DNA of 64,000 nt from Gemmatimonadota bacterium. Lineage in GTDB: Bacteria > Gemmatimonadota > Gemmatimonadetes > JACCXV01 > JAHWKZ01. Shown here piece by piece: positions 58,654 to 64,000 of this stretch (positions are counted from its first letter, which is position 1; each line of letters starts with the position of its first letter). Under the pieces are notes generated by a model, which was given only the letters and a program-made list of their open reading frames with translations, was not told the DNA's origin and ran no database searches. Where the stretch lies: positions 1,520-65,519 of the forward strand of contig DATBJO010000069.1 in the NCBI GenBank assembly GCA_036556305.1, in the 5' to 3' direction. The translations under genes and the position numbers were made by a program.

Positions 58654-59547
58654 TCACGGGTCGGCGTGACGGGCGAAGTAATGTACCACCCGGGCGAACG
58701 GCTCGGGTTCCTCGAGGAACGGGAAGTGCCCGCTTTCCTGAAAGGCCACGAATCGGGCGGTCAGGAGCCGGCCGCGGAAGGCGAGCTGGTATTCCGGCTG
58801 GACGACGCGGTCGGAGGTCCCGTACACGACCAGGGCCGGCACGCGCACGTGCGGCAGGGCCGGCGACAGGTCGTAGCTCTCGAGCCCCGGGGCCACGGCG
58901 CGGTTCACCCGGGCGCTGAACGAGATCCCCGACACGAACGCCTCGCGCTCGGCCTCGGACAGGCGGCGGTGGAAGTAGAGTGGAAGCACCAGGCGGAACC
59001 GCTCTCGCATGAGCGCGTCGTCGAGCTCGACGGATTGGATCGCGGAGAGCCTGGACTGGACCTCGGACGGGAGCTCCGCGGCGACGGCCCTGCGGTACCC
59101 GGCCATGAATTCCCGGGTCGGCGCACCGCCCACGACGACGAGCCGCGCCAGCGCGCCGGGATTCTCGAGCGCGAACAGGAGCGCCAGAACGGACCCGAAG
59201 GAGTGCGCGAGGACCGTCGGCCGCTCGAGGCCGAGTCCGGCGATCACGCGCCCGATGTCGTCCACGTGGCGGGACAGGGCCAGCGGCTCGTCGACGTCGG
59301 GCACCCCGGAGCCGCCGCACCCGCGCTGGTCGTAGGCGACGACGCGATGCTCCGCGGCCAGCGCCCGCAGGCCCGGCCCCCACACGTCGGGATCGGGGAA
59401 GAAGTACCCCGCGTCCATTCCCGGACCCCCGTGGAGGCAGAGGATCGGGTCCCCTTCGCCCGCCTCGCGGACGCGGACCGTGAAGCCGTCCAGCGCCAGC
59501 TCGTGATCGGTGACCTGCGGCGGAGTCCCGGACGCGCCGCCGGTCAT
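58654..59547 (-). CDS. Alpha/beta hydrolase (proline-iminopeptidase-like)
   Basis: HGGPG oxyanion motif, nucleophile elbow AHSFG, and a C-terminal His. Confidence 0.85.
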   Translation of the reverse strand: MTGGASGTPPQVTDHELALDGFTVRVREAGEGDPILCLHGGPGMDAGYFFPDPDVWGPGLRALAAEHRVVAYDQRGCGGSGVPDVDEPLALSRHVDDIGRVIAGLGLERPTVLAHSFGSVLALLFALENPGALARLVVVGGAPTREFMAGYRRAVAAELPSEVQSRLSAIQSVELDDALMRERFRLVLPLYFHRRLSEAEREAFVSGISFSARVNRAVAPGLESYDLSPALPHVRVPALVVYGTSDRVVQPEYQLAFRGRLLTARFVAFQESGHFPFLEEPEPFARVVHYFARHADP

Positions 59548-59603
59548 GAACGGGTTCGCGGCCCCGCGTCCCCGTACTTTGCAAGCAGGGAAAGGAGGAT
59601 CCG

Positions 59604-60017
59604 GTGAGCGTGACGATCAAGTGGGAAGGGGACATGCGATTCCTGGCCCGGACCGAGGACGGGCACGAGCTGGCGTTCGACGGCACCCGCGAGACGGGAG
59701 CATCGCCGACCGAAGCGCTGCTCGCGTCGCTGGCGGCGTGCATGGGGATCGACGTCGTCGACATTCTGCGCAAGGGCCGCCAGGACGTCGACCGCTGCGT
59801 CATCGAGGCGACGGGCGAGCGGCGGAAGGAGCCGCCCCGACGCTTCACGTCGATCCGTCTCGAATTCAGGCTCCTGGGCCGCCATCTCTCCCGGGAGCGC
59901 GTCGAGCGCGCGATCGATCTCAGCCGCACGACCTATTGTTCGGTCTGGCACACCCTGGCTCCGGACCTCGAGCTGGACGTCGGGCTGACGATCGAGGATT
60001 CGGCCTCCGGCGGTTAG
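59604..60017 (+). CDS. OsmC/Ohr-family peroxiredoxin-like protein
   Basis: GTG start with a GGAAAGGAGG RBS. Conserved Cys pair (LAACMG ... TYCSVW). Confidence 0.85.
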   Translation: MSVTIKWEGDMRFLARTEDGHELAFDGTRETGASPTEALLASLAACMGIDVVDILRKGRQDVDRCVIEATGERRKEPPRRFTSIRLEFRLLGRHLSRERVERAIDLSRTTYCSVWHTLAPDLELDVGLTIEDSASGG

Positions 60018-60248
60018 GAGGGCGAGGCGACCAGACCCCCCAGAGGTCCGGCCAGAACGACGAGAACCAGGTCCGCGGCGATGCCCATGGAGGCCGGCAA
60101 GATGGCCGTCCACCCGCGATCCGAGCAAGCCGCGCCGAACGCGGTTGACGCCCTTTCGGGACCCCGATTAACTTCTTGGGCCGCTGATCGGGAGTATCTC
60201 ACACCGGCATACCAGGTACAGCACACCGCGGGAGAACGAGAGGCGAGG

Positions 60249-61193
60249 TTGAGCGCCAACCACGAACTCCGGTTGCTGACCGGAAGCTCGAACCCCGATC
60301 TGGCGCAGGAGATCGCGGACCACCTCGGCACCCGGTTGACCGACGTCGAGGTGAGCCGTTTCGCGGACGGGGAGATCTTCGTCAAGATCAACGAGAACGT
60401 CCGCGGGCGGGACGTGTTCATCATTCAGGCCACGAACCCGCCGGCCGACAATCTGATGGAGCTTCTGCTCCTGATCGACGCGGCGCGACGGGCGTCGGCG
60501 CATCGGATCGCCGCCGTGCTGCCGTACTACGGGTATGCACGGGCCGACCGCAAGGACCAGCCGCGCGTGGCGATCAGCGCCAAGCTGTTCGCCAACATCC
60601 TGGTCGACGCCGGCGCCGAGCGGGTCATCACGATCGACCTGCACTCGCATCAGGTCCAGGGGTTTTTCGACATCCCCGTCGATCACCTGTATGCGTCGCC
60701 GGTGTTCCTCGACTACTTCCGGGCGAAGGATCTGGGAGACGTGGCGGTGGTGGCGCCGGACGTGGGAGCGGCAAAAATGGCGCGGGGATTCGCACGGCGC
60801 ATGAACGCCACGATGGCGCTGATCGACAAGCGCCGGCCCAAGCCGAACGAGGCCGAGGTCGTCCATCTGGTCGGCGATGTGGCCGGGAGGACAGCGATCC
60901 TGATCGACGACATGATCGATACTGGCGGCACCTTCGCGCAGGCGGCCCACGCGCTGAAGAAGAACGGGGCCGTGGCGGTGTACGGCTGCGCCACGCACGC
61001 CTTGCTTTCGGGCGACGCGAGTCGCCGGCTGCAGGAAGCGCCGTTCGAGGAAGTCTGCGTCGCGAACACCCTGCACGTTCCCGACGACCGACGTTTCCGG
61101 AACCTGCGCATACTCTCGATCGCGGGACTGCTGAGCAAGGCGATCAAATACAACCACGAATACCAATCCGTCTCGTCACTGTTTCCGGAATAA
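60249..61193 (+). CDS. prs: Ribose-phosphate pyrophosphokinase
   Basis: TTG start inferred from alignment to the Prs N-terminus (NHELRLLTGSSNPDLAQEIADHLG). The PRPP-binding loop DDMIDTGGT is present. The ATG used by the track lies 168 nt upstream and gives an atypical N-terminus. Confidence 0.9.
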   Translation: MSANHELRLLTGSSNPDLAQEIADHLGTRLTDVEVSRFADGEIFVKINENVRGRDVFIIQATNPPADNLMELLLLIDAARRASAHRIAAVLPYYGYARADRKDQPRVAISAKLFANILVDAGAERVITIDLHSHQVQGFFDIPVDHLYASPVFLDYFRAKDLGDVAVVAPDVGAAKMARGFARRMNATMALIDKRRPKPNEAEVVHLVGDVAGRTAILIDDMIDTGGTFAQAAHALKKNGAVAVYGCATHALLSGDASRRLQEAPFEEVCVANTLHVPDDRRFRNLRILSIAGLLSKAIKYNHEYQSVSSLFPE

Positions 61194-61214
61194 CTGTCTG
61201 GAAGGAGCAGGATC

Positions 61215-61907
61215 ATGGCCGCGAACGCAACCATCAGCGCCCGAACCCGCGAGGGAACCGGAAAAGGCGCCGCCCGCACCTCCCGTCGCGAAGGGAGGAT
61301 CCCCGGCATCCTCTACGGCCACGGCGAGGAGTCAGTGTCGCTCAGCGTGGACGCGACCGAGCTGCAGAAGCTCGTCCACTCGATCTCGATCGAAAACACG
61401 ATCGTCGATCTCGACATGGGCAAAGGCGAGCCGTACAAGGTCCTGATCCGCGAAGTTCAGCGTCACCCGTTCCGCGACGAGTTCGTCCACATCGATTTCT
61501 TCCACGTCGCCATGGACGAGATGATCCAGGTCGAGATCCCGATCGTGTTGACGGGAACGCCGACCGGCGTCAAGAACAAGGGCGGCGTCATGGACCATCA
61601 GCTCCGCGAGCTCGAAGTCTTCTGCCTGCCGGGCAACATCCCGGAGAGGGTCGAGCTGGATGTCTCGCATCTGGACATCGGAGATTCGATTCACGTGAGC
61701 GACATCGAGCTTCCGGACGTCGAGGTCCTGACCGACCTCGATCGCTCCGTGGTCGCGGTGCTGGCCCCGACCGTCATCGAGGTCGAGGAGGCCCCTGCTG
61801 AGGAGGCGATCCTCGAGCCCGAGGTGATCGGCCGCGGCAAGGAGGCGGAGGGGGAGGAAGAGGAGACCGGCCGGTCCCGGCGCGAGCGCGAGGAAGAGAA
61901 AGAGTAG
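61215..61907 (+). CDS. rplY: 50S ribosomal protein L25 / general stress protein Ctc
   Basis: AAGGAG RBS. L25 N-domain plus Ctc beta-barrel C-domain and an acidic tail. Confidence 0.9.
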   Translation: MAANATISARTREGTGKGAARTSRREGRIPGILYGHGEESVSLSVDATELQKLVHSISIENTIVDLDMGKGEPYKVLIREVQRHPFRDEFVHIDFFHVAMDEMIQVEIPIVLTGTPTGVKNKGGVMDHQLRELEVFCLPGNIPERVELDVSHLDIGDSIHVSDIELPDVEVLTDLDRSVVAVLAPTVIEVEEAPAEEAILEPEVIGRGKEAEGEEEETGRSRREREEEKE

Positions 61908-61913
61908 CGGCCC

Positions 61914-62492
61914 CTGGCGCTGCGCGCGGTCGTCGGACTCGGCAATCCCGGTCCGGAGTACGAGGACACCCGTCACAATCTCGGGTTCCTGATCGTCGAT
62001 CGGCTGGCCGGGCGCTGGGACGCCGGGCGCTGGCGGCGCTCCGGCGAGCGTCTCGAGGCGCGGGTCGCGACCGCCGCCGGCCCGATCGCTCTCGTCAAGC
62101 CGATGACCTGGATGAACCGCTCCGGCGTCGCGGTCCGCGCGCTCCGCGAGAGTCTCGAATGCGAGCCCGCCGAGATCCTGGTCTGCTACGACGAGCTGGC
62201 GCTGCCCCTGGGCCGGATCCGCCTTCGACCGGGCGGCTCCCACGGGGGCCACAACGGCATGCGCTCGATCATCGACCGGCTGGGGACCACGGAGTTCCCG
62301 CGGCTGCGCGTCGGGATCGCGCCCGCGAGCGGCGCCGTCGAGGACGGATCCGACTTCGTGCTGTCGCCGTTCCGGCGCGGAGAGCGGAAGGTCGTCGAGG
62401 AGGCGCTGGAGCGCGCGGCGGACGCGGTGGAATGCGCGGTGAACGAAGGCCTGCTGGCCGCCATGAACCGCTTCAATCCCGAATCGCCGTAG
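61914..62492 (+). CDS. pth: Peptidyl-tRNA hydrolase, with no canonical start codon available
   Basis: LRAVVGLGNPGPEYEDTRHNLGF...GSHGGHNG shows the Pth motifs. The frame opens immediately after the rplY TAG, in the same frame. Only CTG codons (61914, 61920) precede the conserved N-terminus. Confidence 0.8.
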   Translation: MALRAVVGLGNPGPEYEDTRHNLGFLIVDRLAGRWDAGRWRRSGERLEARVATAAGPIALVKPMTWMNRSGVAVRALRESLECEPAEILVCYDELALPLGRIRLRPGGSHGGHNGMRSIIDRLGTTEFPRLRVGIAPASGAVEDGSDFVLSPFRRGERKVVEEALERAADAVECAVNEGLLAAMNRFNPESP

Positions 62493-62631
62493 ACCAGGAT
62501 CTCGCCGCTGTCGGCGGGCGACGCGTTGAACGAAACGCCTTCCCGCCCGATCGGGACGGGCGTATACTGCTTCGCTCGTTTCGACACACTCCGCGACTCG
62601 CGGGCCAGCCCTCCACCTCCGCGAGGATCCC

Positions 62632-63741
62632 ATGCAGGTCGGCATCGTGGGACTTCCCAACGTAGGGAAGTCGACGCTCTTCAACGCCCTGACGGCGGCG
62701 GGCGCGCAGGCCGCCAACTACCCGTTCTGCACGATCGATCCCAACGTGGGCGTGGTTGCCGTCCCGGACGATCGCCTCGACGTCCTGGCCGCGGCGTTCA
62801 CCCCCGAGCGCGTGACGCCGACGGCGATCGAGTTCGTCGATATCGCGGGTCTCGTCGAGGGCGCGAGCGCGGGCGAGGGCCTCGGCAACCAGTTCCTGAG
62901 CCACATCCGCCAGGTCGATGCGATCGTGCACATCGTGCGCTGCTTCCCGTCGGCGGACGTCGTGCACGTCTACGGGGACGTGGACCCGCTGCGCGACAAG
63001 CAGGTCATCGACACCGAGCTCGCGCTCGCCGACCTCCAGGTCGTCGAGAAGCGCCACGAGCGGGTGGCCAAGCAGGTCCAGACCGGACGCAAGGAGCTGG
63101 CGGCGGAACTGGCCGGGCTCGAGAAGCTCCTGCCGGCGCTGCGCGCGGGAGACCCGGCCCGGACGGTCGCGCTGAGCGCCGCCGAAGAGGAGGGCGTGCG
63201 ATCGTACGGGCTCCTCACGCGCAAGCCCGTCATCTACGCGGCGAACGTCTCCGACGGGGACGTGGCCGCCGCCGTCCGCGACCCACGCTCGGTGCCATCG
63301 GTGGCGCCGCTGGCGGAGGCCGCGGCCGCGGAGGGCGCCGCGCTGGTGTCCGTCTGCGGAGACCTCGAGGCCGAGCTCGCGACACTCCCGCGCGAGGACC
63401 GGCACGCCTTCCTCGCCGACATCGGCCTGCCGGAGTCGGGGCTTCGCCGCGTCATCCACGCCGCCTATGATCTGCTGGGACTCCAGACCTTCTTCACGGC
63501 CGGACCCAAGGAAGTGCGGGCATGGACGATCCGCCAGGGCGAAACGGCGGTGGAGGCGGCGGGCGCGATCCACACCGACATGGCGCGGGGCTTCATCCGG
63601 GCGGAGGTCGTGGGCTGGGAGGACTTCCTGCGCGCCGGGCGATCGATGCAGCGCGCGAAGGAGATGGGTCTCGTGCGCAGCGAAGGTCGCGATTACGTGA
63701 TGGCCGACGGGGACATCACGTACGTCCGGTTCAACGTCTGA
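62632..63741 (+). CDS. ychF: Ribosome-binding ATPase YchF
   Basis: GLPNVGKST, NPFCTIDPN, and a TGS domain C-terminus. Confidence 0.95.
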   Translation: MQVGIVGLPNVGKSTLFNALTAAGAQAANYPFCTIDPNVGVVAVPDDRLDVLAAAFTPERVTPTAIEFVDIAGLVEGASAGEGLGNQFLSHIRQVDAIVHIVRCFPSADVVHVYGDVDPLRDKQVIDTELALADLQVVEKRHERVAKQVQTGRKELAAELAGLEKLLPALRAGDPARTVALSAAEEEGVRSYGLLTRKPVIYAANVSDGDVAAAVRDPRSVPSVAPLAEAAAAEGAALVSVCGDLEAELATLPREDRHAFLADIGLPESGLRRVIHAAYDLLGLQTFFTAGPKEVRAWTIRQGETAVEAAGAIHTDMARGFIRAEVVGWEDFLRAGRSMQRAKEMGLVRSEGRDYVMADGDITYVRFNV

Positions 63742-63755
63742 TTCGGCGGGTCACC

Positions 63756-64000
63756 CTAACCTCGGGCACCCGACGAAAGACGCGCCGCCGCGGGCTCGTG
63801 CGGGCTCGGCCCGGCGGCGTGCTCCGCGTCGCCCTCCGCCTCGCGAGATCCCACCATCCACGCCTTCAGTCGCTCGGCGAAGCGGTTCATCCCGACGTAG
63901 GCACCCGGCACGACCAGGAGAGTCAGCGCCATCGAGAGGAGCATGCCCGAGACGACCGCGATCGCGAGAGGCCGCATGAGCTCCGATCCCTCGCCCAGGC
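63756..64000 (-). CDS. C-terminal end (partial) of an RND-family efflux transporter permease
   Basis: ...LSMALTLLVVPGAYVGMNRFAERLKAWM matches the conserved C-terminal TM12 region of AcrB/CzcA-type permeases. The gene continues beyond the window. Confidence 0.55.
   Translation of the reverse strand, partial: LGEGSELMRPLAIAVVSGMLLSMALTLLVVPGAYVGMNRFAERLKAWMVGSREAEGDAEHAAGPSPHEPAAARLSSGARG

Noticed and set aside
60014-60424. 136-aa minus-strand ORF upstream of prs, including a possible 26-aa hydrophobic micro-ORF (MGIAADLVLVVLAGPLGGLVASPS, 60014..60094)
   Set aside because: There is no RBS and it has no family. It lies in the presumed prs promoter/leader region and overlaps the real prs start on the other strand. 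The micro-ORF cannot be supported without conservation data.

Overview
This is a very GC-rich (~70%) bacterial chromosomal window, and its gene content is dominated by core housekeeping functions. The family mix suggests a Gemmatimonadota-like organism: OMP_b-brl_3-type outer-membrane barrel, DUF3352, a Kelch lipoprotein, and a cyclase-TolB_N-TPR protein. Protein families and motifs were recognised by reading the translated ORFs; no alignments or database searches were run. The coding strand is almost always unambiguous; the long Arg/Pro/Gly-rich ORFs on the opposite strand or in other frames are high-GC artefacts. The identified blocks are: EF-G paralog, yebC-ruvCAB, queA, tgt-yajC, def-fmt, thiE-thiS-thiG, rsmB, a kinase-less PASTA protein, rpe, a TonB-receptor-like outer-membrane beta-barrel, ffh-rpsP-rimM-trmD-rplS-rnhB, iscS/nifS-like, an rRNA methyltransferase, mltG-ruvX-rho (minus strand), cca-mpg, rarA-hflX, ispE, prs-rplY-pth-ychF, one tRNA-Gln(UUG), and a partial RND permease at the window edge. 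No CRISPR array, transposase, integrase or phage genes were seen. The parts most worth follow-up are: (1) a four-gene translationally coupled module of membrane protein, ECF sigma factor, zinc-finger anti-sigma and a cytochrome P460/c'-beta-like CXXCH lipoprotein; (2) a class III adenylate/guanylate cyclase with TM, TolB_N-like and TPR regions, divergently paired with a Kelch-repeat lipoprotein; (3) an ispE-MOSC-PLP decarboxylase-GNAT chain joined by ATGA/TGATG overlaps; (4) a near-consensus sigma70 promoter in an AT-rich islet with a structured leader upstream of the outer-membrane barrel gene; (5) pth lying in the same frame as rplY, separated by a single TAG, with no canonical start codon; (6) an uncharacterised three-gene lipoprotein/membrane operon; and (7) several small ORFs, a palindromic operator candidate, a candidate leader peptide (uORF) upstream of the MmcQ gene, and head-to-head overlapping start codons. 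All functional calls rest on recognising motifs and families by eye and need homology searches to confirm.
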